DNA of 64,000 bases, from contig JAZKAN010000001.1 in the NCBI GenBank assembly GCA_040389125.1, forward strand, positions 47,398-111,397. Reading direction: 5' to 3'. A model generated the notes under the pieces. That model was given only the letters and a program-made list of their open reading frames with translations, made no database searches and had not been told where the DNA came from. Shown here in pieces: positions 38,351 to 47,224 of this stretch. A program made the position numbers and the translations under genes. Positions within the stretch are counted from its first letter, which is position 1, and each line of letters starts with the position of its first letter. Origin of the DNA: Patescibacteria group bacterium. Its GTDB lineage: Bacteria; Patescibacteriota; Minisyncoccia; Phycocordibacterales; DATDWN01.

Positions 38351-38998
38351 ATGGCAGAAAACGAGAAACAAAAACTGCCTTTTTCCATTCAGGAAAAGGA
38401 TGTTGCGGCTTGGACGGGGTGCTGGAACGCAAATCGAAAGATAATGATCAGTGGTGAATTAAACTATGAATCACTGAGAAAAGTGTCTCTCGAACTCATG
38501 AAATTGGACTATATCAATAATGAGCCGATCACTCTCATGATTGATAGTGGTGGAGGAAATGTTGTGGCGACACACCAACTCGAGGACATAATCTCGATGA
38601 TCAACTCCCCAGTGGACGGACTAATCATGGGCGATAGCGCATCCATGGCCATTGACCTCTTGCAGATGTGTAGGTATCGCAGGATTCTACCCTCTGCACG
38701 AATCCTGGTCCATTATATTAGAGTCGACCAGCGATGGGTATGTGATGATCTTGAACGGCTCGAAATTGACGTGGAATATTTTCTGAGTCGACAACGAGAG
38801 GCTGGTAATCGCAGGCTTGCACTCTATGTAAAACGGACTGGGTATCCGGAGGAAAGAATCAAAGAGCTCTTTCGACACGGCGAAGTTCATCGATCGTATT
38901 TTTCGGCACAGCAGGCACTCGAGCTAAAGCTAGTTGATGAGATCGCAGTTGGCTTTAAATTCTTTCCTCCCCGATCCTCCTCGGCAGAAGAAAAATAG
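38351..38998 (+). CDS. Divergent orphan ClpP/S14-family protease-like protein
   Basis: Collinear with ClpP: MIDSGGG (INSPGG), IMGDSASMAIDLL (catalytic Ser block GQAASMG), RILVHYI (His block VMIHQP), and YFSAQQALELKLVDEI (FLSAPEAVEYGLVDSI). The aligned catalytic Asp position reads R. SD AAGGAG lies 7 nt before the ATG and TTGACA sits at 38291. Confidence 0.65.
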   Translation: MAENEKQKLPFSIQEKDVAAWTGCWNANRKIMISGELNYESLRKVSLELMKLDYINNEPITLMIDSGGGNVVATHQLEDIISMINSPVDGLIMGDSASMAIDLLQMCRYRRILPSARILVHYIRVDQRWVCDDLERLEIDVEYFLSRQREAGNRRLALYVKRTGYPEERIKELFRHGEVHRSYFSAQQALELKLVDEIAVGFKFFPPRSSSAEEK

Positions 38999-39084
38999 AA
39001 TATTCCCTTATCTTGCCACAAGGCGCTCTGCATGGGGCGCCTTTTTGCTACATAAATAATTACCACCAAATTTCGATGAAGAAA

Positions 39085-39633
39085 CTAGAGTTTGATTGTG
39101 AGATTTGGCCATTTTTCTAACCACTTTTTCTTTTGTATTCTGGTTTTTATTCTTTCTATTCCATCCATATATTTTGGACTAGGTCGGACAATGAAACTAA
39201 CAATATCATCAATCCCATACGGAGCAATGAGTTTTAAAACACCATTTTCAATTCTTACTCCAACAGCGGTAACTGTCTCTGGCCAGGCCGCTATCACATC
39301 ATATGCAGAAACGTAGATTGATCGTGTATCAGATTTATAATTATACGCATTATTTCGCAACTCCCAATCCAAACCTGTTTCAGCATGTAGTGTCTGCATT
39401 AACTGTTCATCACGTTCCTGATCATTTTCAATAGTTGGATCAAAATACACTAAATCTATATCTGTTGCATCAAGATATTCTGTTTTTCGTCCAGACATAT
39501 GATTCCACACTTTATTTCTCACAAATCCCGCACCAATAAGCCAATCAGACAAGTTTAATTTCTCTGCACGTTTCAAAACGTCCATCATCCATTTGTCATT
39601 TTCTATAAGTTCAAGAATTTCTTTTTCTGTCAT
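39085..39633 (-). CDS. Pol-beta-superfamily nucleotidyltransferase-fold protein (NTP_transf_6-like by recollection)
   Basis: IGAGFVRN (hG[GS]) followed by DIDLVYFD (DxD). TATAAT (39640-39645) lies 6 nt before ATG 39633. Confidence 0.6.
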   Translation of the reverse strand: MTEKEILELIENDKWMMDVLKRAEKLNLSDWLIGAGFVRNKVWNHMSGRKTEYLDATDIDLVYFDPTIENDQERDEQLMQTLHAETGLDWELRNNAYNYKSDTRSIYVSAYDVIAAWPETVTAVGVRIENGVLKLIAPYGIDDIVSFIVRPSPKYMDGIERIKTRIQKKKWLEKWPNLTIKL

Positions 39634-39650
39634 AAGGCGATTATATTAAA

Positions 39651-40136
39651 CTAAAGCATCTTAACTATCCTAAATCCCTCATAACTTTTGTCTCCAGTAA
39701 CGTCGGTGAGTCTATATGGAAATGTATTTGGATTAAACAAATTTCTCTCTTCCGAATTTTCAGAATCTACTTCGAGTATACGAATTTTTTCACTAGCAAA
39801 TTCATCATATTTTAAAGAAAATGAAATACTATTTTGTATAAAATTAAATTCATGTCGTTTCTTTTCCAGATGTAGGATTGAAGTATCTAATAGATTTTTG
39901 TATTCATCTTCGCTGATCTTCTTTTTATCTGAAATTCTATTACCATTAGTTATTATTTTTGATACAAAGAAAATCTGAGTCTCTCCAGTCTCAAATGTTT
40001 TAAATACCACCTTCTTTTCTTTATCCTCTGCTGTTTCAATCCAATCAATAATTAGGTTAAAAGAGATTGAATTATTCTGAATCAAGAATTTTTGATCAAT
40101 TTTTTCAACTATGAATTTTCGAGCATTATCATCCAT
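39651..40136 (-). CDS. Divergent CYTH (triphosphate tunnel) domain protein
   Basis: Collinear with the remembered CYTH/TTM pattern: ARKFIV (EIERKFLV), LEKKRHEF (VEKTRY), IRILEVDSENSEE (LVEVEFLSEDAA), and LTDVTGDKSYEGFRI (VTEDKRYKNKAL). Canonical ExExK reads DNARK, so activity is uncertain. Confidence 0.5.
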   Translation of the reverse strand: MDDNARKFIVEKIDQKFLIQNNSISFNLIIDWIETAEDKEKKVVFKTFETGETQIFFVSKIITNGNRISDKKKISEDEYKNLLDTSILHLEKKRHEFNFIQNSISFSLKYDEFASEKIRILEVDSENSEERNLFNPNTFPYRLTDVTGDKSYEGFRIVKML

Positions 40137-40195
40137 TGATTACTGTATTTACTTTACATTAACATGTCAATTTTAGTGTGAACATCAGCAGAATT

Positions 40196-40417
40196 TTATT
40201 TTATCTTTTCTACTATATATTTAATGACATCTTTTAGCTGACCATACAGATCAACTACTGCTGATTTGAGAGTTCCCAGAAACTTTTGCATTTCCGGAGA
40301 TTTGAAAAATGCGAGGATATCAAAATTGTATTTGTAATGGAGAAAAATAAGAGCAATTATTACAATGATAATGAGGGAAATAAAACCTTGTTGATTGTCA
40401 GTATTTTTGTTTTTCAT
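40196..40417 (-). CDS. Small single-pass membrane protein
   Basis: A 73-aa ORF with one TM (FISLIIIVIIALIFL), upstream of and codirectional with the CYTH gene. Confidence 0.4.
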   Translation of the reverse strand: MKNKNTDNQQGFISLIIIVIIALIFLHYKYNFDILAFFKSPEMQKFLGTLKSAVVDLYGQLKDVIKYIVEKIK

Positions 40418-40522
40418 TGAATTATAATTTGGTTTGAATCATATAAATGGTACCACAGGCACTACTAATACAAAAGCGATTGTTTGATTATGGCTCACAT
40501 GATAAAATACATGTTATAAAAC

Positions 40523-41518
40523 ATGCCTAAAAACGCTATCAAAAAATTGAAATTTATGGACTTTTGTGCCGGTATCGGAGCTGGCCGTCTTGGTCTTGAA
40601 AAAAATGGCTTAAAATGTGTTGGTTTTTCTGAAATTGATCCTGAAGCTGAAAAAACTTATAGACTTTTCTTCGGAGAAAGTGAAAAAAATTATGGTGATC
40701 TGACTAAAATTGATCCTAAATCACTCCCCGATTTTGACATGATGATTGCAGGTTTCCCTTGCCAATCTTTTTCTATTATTGGAGAAAGAAAAGGTATGGA
40801 CGATGAACGAGGGCAAATTATTTTTAGTCTCATTAATATAATGCTAGCTAAAAATGTAAAATACTTTATTCTTGAAAATGTAAAAGGACTTACAAACCAT
40901 GAAGGCGGAAATACTCTTAGGGTTATTTTAGATCAACTGGATAAAGCCGGTTATCAAGTTGAGTATGATGTTTTGAATAGCCTCAATTATGGTGTTCCTC
41001 AAATGAGAGAGAGAATTTATTTTGTTGGAGTAAGAAAAGACCTTGTAGACAAAGATTTTTACTATCAATTTCCAGAGTCTCAATCAAGAGTAAGTGTTAC
41101 TGATTACTTGATTGATGATAGTGAACTTGAACTCAATGAGAGACATGATACCTACGAGACTTTTTTAAAGTATCTACAGAATAAATATAATCGTGGAGAA
41201 TATTCTGTCGATCAGTTATTGGAAAAAAATTATAACGTTATAGATACAAGACAATCAGATATAAGAATATACGACAACAAAGTCCCTACCCTACGAACAG
41301 GTAGGCACGGAATTTTATATGTAAAAGATAACAAATTTAGGAAGCTATCTGGTTTTGAATCTCTGTTACTACAAGGTTTTCCAAAAGAAATCGCTACAAA
41401 GGCTAAGAATAAAATTGAAGAGTTGCATTTGTTAAAACAAACTGGAAATGCTATGACTGTGAGTGTAATTGAGGCGGTAGGTAGACAACTATTCAATAAT
41501 TTACAAACTTCTGCATGA
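40523..41518 (+). CDS. DNA (cytosine-5)-methyltransferase
   Basis: Motif I FCAGIGAGRLG, motif IV GFPCQSFS, motif VI ENVKGL, motif VIII QMRERIYFVG, and motif X QTGNAMTV. Confidence 0.92.
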   Translation: MPKNAIKKLKFMDFCAGIGAGRLGLEKNGLKCVGFSEIDPEAEKTYRLFFGESEKNYGDLTKIDPKSLPDFDMMIAGFPCQSFSIIGERKGMDDERGQIIFSLINIMLAKNVKYFILENVKGLTNHEGGNTLRVILDQLDKAGYQVEYDVLNSLNYGVPQMRERIYFVGVRKDLVDKDFYYQFPESQSRVSVTDYLIDDSELELNERHDTYETFLKYLQNKYNRGEYSVDQLLEKNYNVIDTRQSDIRIYDNKVPTLRTGRHGILYVKDNKFRKLSGFESLLLQGFPKEIATKAKNKIEELHLLKQTGNAMTVSVIEAVGRQLFNNLQTSA

Positions 41519-42294
41519 AAATAAACAAAAAGACTGTTTTGGAAGCCATAGCCCGAGGATCAAAAACTGCAAAAGCAGGTTTTAGTAATGAGCAAGATGT
41601 TATAAACATCTTTAATAATTGGAAAACTGATAAGGTCGCTAAAGAATGGTTGGGTGCGATGAATTACAATGTATCTGATATTGAATTTGTAAAAGCAACT
41701 AAAGTTAGAGGTCATTATAAAGCAGATATTCAAGTGAGAATAATGATTATTATTAAGTTGAAATCTCAAGAGGATGTCCAGAACTTACAAGTAAAACTAG
41801 TGAGTAATCCTCAAGGTTTTAATCAAATTGATAAAAGATGGGTAGATAAGTATGTGGAACTTTGGAATATTCCCTCTGATCTGACTGCCATACTAAAACT
41901 TTTTACTGGAGAAACCATACCAACACAAAGTAATTTAGAAGACCCTCGCAGAATGTTTTTATTTGAGATGAGCCAATCTGACCAAGATAAACTGATACAA
42001 TTCTTTACTAAAAATAAAATCCTAATTGTTTCAGATTTATTGAAAGGTAGAGGTGAATTTTCTGCCGACTGGACACTTGTTATTCTAAAGGTTGGTGCGG
42101 AAGAAAGCCGTTGGATGTTAAAGTCAATCAATGAAGTCATGAATGTCTTTGGTAAGGGCGAAGTGAGAATTACTAATCAAGGTGGTCTAAAAATCGGCAA
42201 GATTGGTATGCAAAGAAAGGGTGGAGATGGTGGTAGAAAGACTGCAAGTATGTTGCAATTCAAAATTAATCCTGTTGAACTTTTTACAGAGTAA
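41515..42294 (+). CDS. Type II restriction endonuclease, HinP1I/MspI-like
   Basis: ATGA overlap with the methyltransferase gene. The blocks QVKLVSNPQGFNQIDKRW and QRKGGDGGRKTASMLQFKINPVELF match my recollection of R.HinP1I/R.MspI. Specificity is not determinable here. Confidence 0.6.
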   Translation: MKINKKTVLEAIARGSKTAKAGFSNEQDVINIFNNWKTDKVAKEWLGAMNYNVSDIEFVKATKVRGHYKADIQVRIMIIIKLKSQEDVQNLQVKLVSNPQGFNQIDKRWVDKYVELWNIPSDLTAILKLFTGETIPTQSNLEDPRRMFLFEMSQSDQDKLIQFFTKNKILIVSDLLKGRGEFSADWTLVILKVGAEESRWMLKSINEVMNVFGKGEVRITNQGGLKIGKIGMQRKGGDGGRKTASMLQFKINPVELFTE

Positions 42295-42300
42295 AAATCA

Positions 42301-42328
42301 TTGACTTTTTGGTGTAGAAGTTCATAAT
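42301..42328 (+). promoter_or_regulatory. Promoter TTGACT-16-CATAAT, with the -10 box 6 nt before the TIR gene ATG
   Basis: TTGACT at 42301-42306, CATAAT at 42323-42328, AGCTTC, then ATG at 42335. Confidence 0.6.
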
Positions 42329-42334
42329 AGCTTC

Positions 42335-42916
42335 ATGTCATCGCTCTATTCTCAACCAAATCAACCTGAAAAAAGAAAAGTTTTTATTAGTTTTCACCAT
42401 GCAGATGAATGGTATCGTAACGAATTTATTCGACGATGGGGAGATCAATTTATCGGTACAGACGTTAAACTTGGAGATATAGATACTGAAAACAGCGATG
42501 ATTACACCAAACGATTGATACAAGTTGACCACATTGTTAATTCAAGTGTGGTTGTTGCTATTTATGGAACTCACACAAGAAAACGTAAACATGTAGACTG
42601 GGAAATATCTGCAGGTTTAAATGAAAAAGTGGGCGGTCATAAGGGATTAGTAGTCTTAATTGTTCCCGGTTTCCCCGGCCACCCTTTTGACCAAAATGGT
42701 GTTTATGATAAAGCTCTTTTGTATCCACATCTTCACCCTAGAACAGCAGAAAATGTGAAAACGGAGTATGCAGATGTTTATTTTTGGCCGGATATGTACA
42801 CTAATCTAAATCCTGTTGAAGTCAAAGACCTTGTAGAACTTGCCTCAAAAAAGCGAGAGAGTCACAGTCATTTGATAGAGAATTCTCATCCTCAATATGT
42901 CAATAACTTGCCATGA
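42335..42916 (+). CDS. ThsB-like TIR domain protein (DUF1863/TIR-like)
   Basis: RKVFISFHHADE (ThsB KRVFFSFHYQD), TKRLIQ...SSVVVAIYGTHT (LKRLI...TSVTCVLIGSQT), and HVDWEISAGL (WVRYEIMKSI, which contains the conserved Glu). Confidence 0.7.
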   Translation: MSSLYSQPNQPEKRKVFISFHHADEWYRNEFIRRWGDQFIGTDVKLGDIDTENSDDYTKRLIQVDHIVNSSVVVAIYGTHTRKRKHVDWEISAGLNEKVGGHKGLVVLIVPGFPGHPFDQNGVYDKALLYPHLHPRTAENVKTEYADVYFWPDMYTNLNPVEVKDLVELASKKRESHSHLIENSHPQYVNNLP

Positions 42917-43602
42917 CAGCCACAAGCTCACTCGCAACTTTATTTTCTTTATCTCTTAATCGGGATTTATCTCTTGCAATAATACTCAACCCTATAGCAA
43001 TTCTAATCGTAGTTTTAATATGCGTAATTTTTTTCACAATACGCTGGTACTTTTGGAGAGGCAATAATTTTGTAATAGATACCGCAGAAATGGGTATCGG
43101 CTCACATAAAATTTCTTTTAAACCAAACATAAGAGACCAAGAAATAGCATATAAAATATGGGTTGAGTTAAGCACAAGAAAAATCGGACTACCCATTGAT
43201 TTAGAACACGATGTTATATCAGAAATTTACGACTCATGGTTCAACTTCTTTTCCATTACAAGGGAATTAATTAAAGACATACCCGTAAACAAAGTAAAAA
43301 ACCAAAGCACAAGAAAAATAATAACTCTATCTATAAGCGTATTGAACGAGGGACTTCGACCACACCTAACAACATGGCAAGCACGCTTTCGTCGGTGGTA
43401 TGATAGACAACTTGCAAATGCAACAGATGACGCTGACCCACAAGCAATTCAAGAAAAATACCCTAAATTTAGCGAACTAAAAACAGATTTAATTGCTGTT
43501 AATAAAAGGCTAATTAAGTATAGGGAGAAAATGCGGGAAGTTGTTTTAGGTATTCCCGAGGTTGAAAATAAAGTCCCCCCTCTCTCTGAACCCGTTTTGT
43601 AG
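42913..43602 (+). CDS. Uncharacterised single-pass membrane protein coupled to the TIR gene
   Basis: The start ATG overlaps the TIR stop (ATGA). One TM (LAIILNPIAILIVVLICVIFFTI) is followed by about 170 aa of helical-looking sequence with no motif I recognise. Confidence 0.6.
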   Translation: MTATSSLATLFSLSLNRDLSLAIILNPIAILIVVLICVIFFTIRWYFWRGNNFVIDTAEMGIGSHKISFKPNIRDQEIAYKIWVELSTRKIGLPIDLEHDVISEIYDSWFNFFSITRELIKDIPVNKVKNQSTRKIITLSISVLNEGLRPHLTTWQARFRRWYDRQLANATDDADPQAIQEKYPKFSELKTDLIAVNKRLIKYREKMREVVLGIPEVENKVPPLSEPVL

Positions 43603-43672
43603 TCTCTATATAGCTCTCCATACTAATGCTTCTATTCGTGCATTTTTTTAAACTAACTAATAAATTAATACT

Positions 43673-44764
43673 TTAGAGCCCTTCTTTTTTCAGCATCTCA
43701 ACTGCCTTTTTAGCATCCTTTGAAAGTTTTTTTGGAATGAGAATGTGGAGTTTGATCAGGAGGTCACCGCGTTTGTTTTTGTCATACGGCACACCCTTGC
43801 CTTTGATACGCAGAATCTCCCCTATTGCGACTCCCTCGGGAATTTTGACTTTGATCTCGCCGTCGAGAGTGGTCACCGGCTGGTCTGCGCCGAGAAGTGC
43901 GTCGGAAAGTTTGACGTTTAAATCCATGACCAGATTGCTACCATCCTTTTTAAAGAGCGGATGTTTCTTGACGTAAATTTTGATATACAGATCGCCAGAC
44001 TGTCCGCCGGACATTGCTTCGCCACCACCGGTCAGTCGGATCATTTCACCATTGTCGATACCAGCTGGAATTTGGACTTTGATTTCGCTTTCTTTTTTGT
44101 ATACACCTGCACCGTGACATGTGTGGCATTTTACTTTTGGAATTTTGCCGGTGCCATGACAGTGTTCACATGTTGCTGTGGTTTCAAACTGTCCAAAAAA
44201 TGTTTTCTTGACTTCACGAATCTGTCCACGACCGTTACAAATTTCACACGTCATCATCTCACTACCTTTTTCGCCTCCTGTTCCACCACACGTATCACAT
44301 TTTGAAATTTTATTCAGAAGTATTGTACGCTCAACACCGAAAATAGATTCCTCGAACGACAGCTCGATATCAATCGAAATATCACGTCCACGTTTTGCCT
44401 GTGTGCGACGTCCACCACCGAACACATCACCAAAGATGTCACCGAGGTCAAACTCCATGCCGTTCCCACTGCCACCCTGTGTAAACTGAGAAAAGTCGAA
44501 ATCCCCGAACCCGCCGAAACCACCTCCCTGGGCTCCAGAAGCCCCGCCGCTACCCGTAAATGCCCTGCCATACGTATCATACTCCGCACGTTTTTTGTCG
44601 TCAGAGAGCACAGAATACGCCTCATTTATTTCCTTGAATTTCGCATCATCACCGCCCTTTTTGTCAGGATGGTATTTGTGCGCGAGGGTACGAAAGGCCT
44701 TTTTTATCTCCTCCTTACTCGCCTTTTTATCTACGCCCAATGATTCATAATAGTCTTTTGCCAT
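43673..44764 (-). CDS. dnaJ: Chaperone DnaJ
   Basis: J domain with HPD (KYHPDKK), a G/F region, and four CxxCxGxG zinc motifs. TATAAT (44772-44777) lies 7 nt before ATG 44764. Confidence 0.93.
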   Translation of the reverse strand: MAKDYYESLGVDKKASKEEIKKAFRTLAHKYHPDKKGGDDAKFKEINEAYSVLSDDKKRAEYDTYGRAFTGSGGASGAQGGGFGGFGDFDFSQFTQGGSGNGMEFDLGDIFGDVFGGGRRTQAKRGRDISIDIELSFEESIFGVERTILLNKISKCDTCGGTGGEKGSEMMTCEICNGRGQIREVKKTFFGQFETTATCEHCHGTGKIPKVKCHTCHGAGVYKKESEIKVQIPAGIDNGEMIRLTGGGEAMSGGQSGDLYIKIYVKKHPLFKKDGSNLVMDLNVKLSDALLGADQPVTTLDGEIKVKIPEGVAIGEILRIKGKGVPYDKNKRGDLLIKLHILIPKKLSKDAKKAVEMLKKEGL

Positions 44765-44849
44765 ATGCAATATTATACTTTTTTTTGACCGTGTGGGTAC
44801 TTGACTATACTTTTAATATTATGTATTGTGATGAATAGGAGACAGTAGA

Positions 44850-45059
44850 ATGTACACGATTGAACTTCAAGAATCCGAAAGGTGCTACGGTCAATTCAAC
44901 TCAATTGACAGTACAGAAGAGACCCTGAAAAGATTTGGCTACACACAGGTTGTAAAATTCCTGTGGATCCTAAAGGATGAGCAAGAAACTGTAATTGCTG
45001 CGGTGAGAATCATTCCATTAATTCTCCCCGAGCAAATCATGGATCTGCTGATGAAGTAG
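44850..45059 (+). CDS. Hypothetical small protein
   Basis: A 69-aa ORF with SD AGGAG 8 nt upstream, antisense to the dnaK-dnaJ direction, followed by a shared terminator. Confidence 0.4.
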   Translation: MYTIELQESERCYGQFNSIDSTEETLKRFGYTQVVKFLWILKDEQETVIAAVRIIPLILPEQIMDLLMK

Positions 45060-45073
45060 TGATCTCAACCAAA

Positions 45074-45106
45074 AACGCCCCGGGCTAGTCCCCGAGGCGT
45101 TTTCTA
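45074..45106. terminator. Bidirectional hairpin terminator between the 69-aa ORF and dnaK
   Basis: AACGCCCCGG ... CCGAGGCGTT (one mismatch) is flanked by an A run 5' and TTTCT 3'. Confidence 0.55.
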
Positions 45107-45110
45107 TTAT

Positions 45111-47039
45111 CTATTTATTATCTTCTGGTTTCTGTTCTGTGAACTCTGCATCTTTGACCGGCCCCTCACTCGCACCCGCACCTGCATCCCCTGCTGGTGG
45201 AGTCTGCTGAGACGATTCCTGCGACGCCTTATTCATCATCTCCCCTATCTTGGAAACCTCTGACGAAAGTGCAACAGTAGCTGACTTTATTTTCTCCAAA
45301 TCATCACCTTCTTTTTCTTTTTTAAGATCTGCAACTTTTTCTTCAATCGAAGTCTTGAGATCCGCCGGCACTTTGTCACCCGCATCTCGCAGTGACTTCT
45401 CGGCAGTATAGATCAATTGTTCACCGAGATTTTTTGCTTCAACAACATCTTTTTTCTTGAGATCGTCTGCTGCATGTGCCTCGGCATCTTTTTGCATTTT
45501 CTCAATCTCCTCTTTTGAAAGTCCTGATCGTGCCTCGATACGGATTGACTGTTCCTTGCCACTCGCTTTATCCTTTGCTTTTACGGACAAAATTCCGTTT
45601 GCATCTACATCAAACATTACTTCTACCTGTGGCATACCGCGAGGTGCTGGTGGAATACCGTCGAGAATAAATCGTCCGAGAGATTTGTTGTCTCCTGCCA
45701 TTGCACGCTCACCTTGCACAATATGTATTTCAACCGATGTCTGATTGTCTGCAGCAGTTGAGAAAACCTGTGATCGCGATGCAGGGATGGTTGTGTTTCG
45801 CTCTACTAGTTTCGTTGCAACCCCTCCCATAGTTTCAATACCAAGTGATAGTGGAATCACATCGAGTAGCAAAACATCCTTTACATCCCCACCGAGAATT
45901 CCTCCTTGGATTGCAGCTCCGAGAGCTACAACTTCATCTGGGTTAATTGATTTGTTTGGTTCTTTGCCGAAATACTCTTTCACTTTTTCTGCCATTTTTG
46001 GCATACGAGTCTGACCTCCGACGAGAATTACTTCGTTGATCTGAGCTGTCGTAAATCCAGATGCTTCCATTGCTCGTTTTGTGATTGCCATTGCACGATC
46101 AATGAATTCCATAGTGAGCTCCTCAAGTTTTGCACGAGTCATTTTGATGAGCAAGTGTCGTGGGCCAGAACTATCTGACGTAATAAACGGAATGTTTACT
46201 TCTGATTCCATCGCAGTCGAGAGTTCGATTTTTGCCTTTTCTGCTGCCTCATCAAGTCGCTGAAGTGCGAGTGTGTCTGCACGCAAATCAATGCCAGACT
46301 CCTTTTTAAACTCATCCGCGAGAAATCCTATGATTTTCTGATCAATATCCTTGCCTCCGAGATGTGAGTCACCATCTGTTGCCTTTACTTTTATATCTCC
46401 TCCCACTTCATCCACATCCACTTCGAGAACTGAAATATCAAATGTTCCACCTCCAAAGTCGAATACAACTATTTTTTCATCCTTTCGATTTTTATCAAAT
46501 CCGTACGCGAGAGCGGCTGCAGTCGGCTCGTTGATAATACGTAGCACCTCAAGTCCAGCAATCTGTCCCGCGTCTTTGGTAGCCTGACGCTGTGCATCGT
46601 TGAAATACGCTGGTACGGTGATGACCGCCTGAGTTATTTTCTCACCTACTTTTGCTTCAGCATCTGCCTTTAGCTTTGAGAGTATCATTGCAGAGATTTC
46701 TTCTGGCGTGTAATCCTTACCATTCATTTTGACCAAAACTCCGTTTGTTGGAGATTTCAAAACCTCAAATGGCACGACTGCTTTGTCTTTCTGTACTGCT
46801 GCGTCATCAAACGTGTGACCAATGAAACGCTTGATACCGAAAATGGTATTTTTTGGATTTGTCACCGCCTGGCGTTTTGCAAGGAGTCCCACAAGTCGCT
46901 CGCCAGTTTTGGACACTGCAATAATAGAAGGAGTGGTACGCGCACCCTCCGCATTTTCAAGTATCTTCGGCTGTCCTGCCTCCATGACAGCAACAGCACT
47001 GTTTGTTGTTCCTAAGTCGATTCCAATAATTTTACTCAT
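45111..47039 (-). CDS. dnaK: Chaperone DnaK (Hsp70)
   Basis: [22 protein letters not shown] and [11 protein letters not shown] signatures over the full length. Confidence 0.97.
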   Translation of the reverse strand: MSKIIGIDLGTTNSAVAVMEAGQPKILENAEGARTTPSIIAVSKTGERLVGLLAKRQAVTNPKNTIFGIKRFIGHTFDDAAVQKDKAVVPFEVLKSPTNGVLVKMNGKDYTPEEISAMILSKLKADAEAKVGEKITQAVITVPAYFNDAQRQATKDAGQIAGLEVLRIINEPTAAALAYGFDKNRKDEKIVVFDFGGGTFDISVLEVDVDEVGGDIKVKATDGDSHLGGKDIDQKIIGFLADEFKKESGIDLRADTLALQRLDEAAEKAKIELSTAMESEVNIPFITSDSSGPRHLLIKMTRAKLEELTMEFIDRAMAITKRAMEASGFTTAQINEVILVGGQTRMPKMAEKVKEYFGKEPNKSINPDEVVALGAAIQGGILGGDVKDVLLLDVIPLSLGIETMGGVATKLVERNTTIPASRSQVFSTAADNQTSVEIHIVQGERAMAGDNKSLGRFILDGIPPAPRGMPQVEVMFDVDANGILSVKAKDKASGKEQSIRIEARSGLSKEEIEKMQKDAEAHAADDLKKKDVVEAKNLGEQLIYTAEKSLRDAGDKVPADLKTSIEEKVADLKKEKEGDDLEKIKSATVALSSEVSKIGEMMNKASQESSQQTPPAGDAGAGASEGPVKDAEFTEQKPEDNK

Positions 47040-47089
47040 AACATTATAATGTTAAAATTTTTAATAAGTCACTAAAAAGTAAATTTAAG

Positions 47090-47187
47090 AAACTCGTTCT
47101 GACACATACGATTATGGCGCATCTCGGAGTCCGTGAAGAGACGAGAGCGAAGAAATTTTTCAACAGAAAAATATTCTGGCGACAGAA
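47090..47187. repeat. Copy 1 of a duplicated, structured roughly 100-nt element (upstream of dnaK)
   Basis: Shares with copy 2 an identical 28-nt core CTCGGAGTCCGTGAAGAGACGAGAGCGA (47123-47150), flanking TGGCGCATCT, and a 37-nt tail with a conserved hairpin. Confidence 0.8.
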
Positions 47188-47224
47188 TCGTATGTGGCAT
47201 GAATGAGTTTCGCCACAATACTAC

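Noticed and set aside
45040-47060. A leaderless-type promoter for dnaK (TATAAT directly upstream of its ATG).
   Set aside because: The hexamer ends only 2 nt before the ATG, which is too close for the transcript to include the start codon. dnaK is more likely transcribed with a 5' UTR from further upstream.
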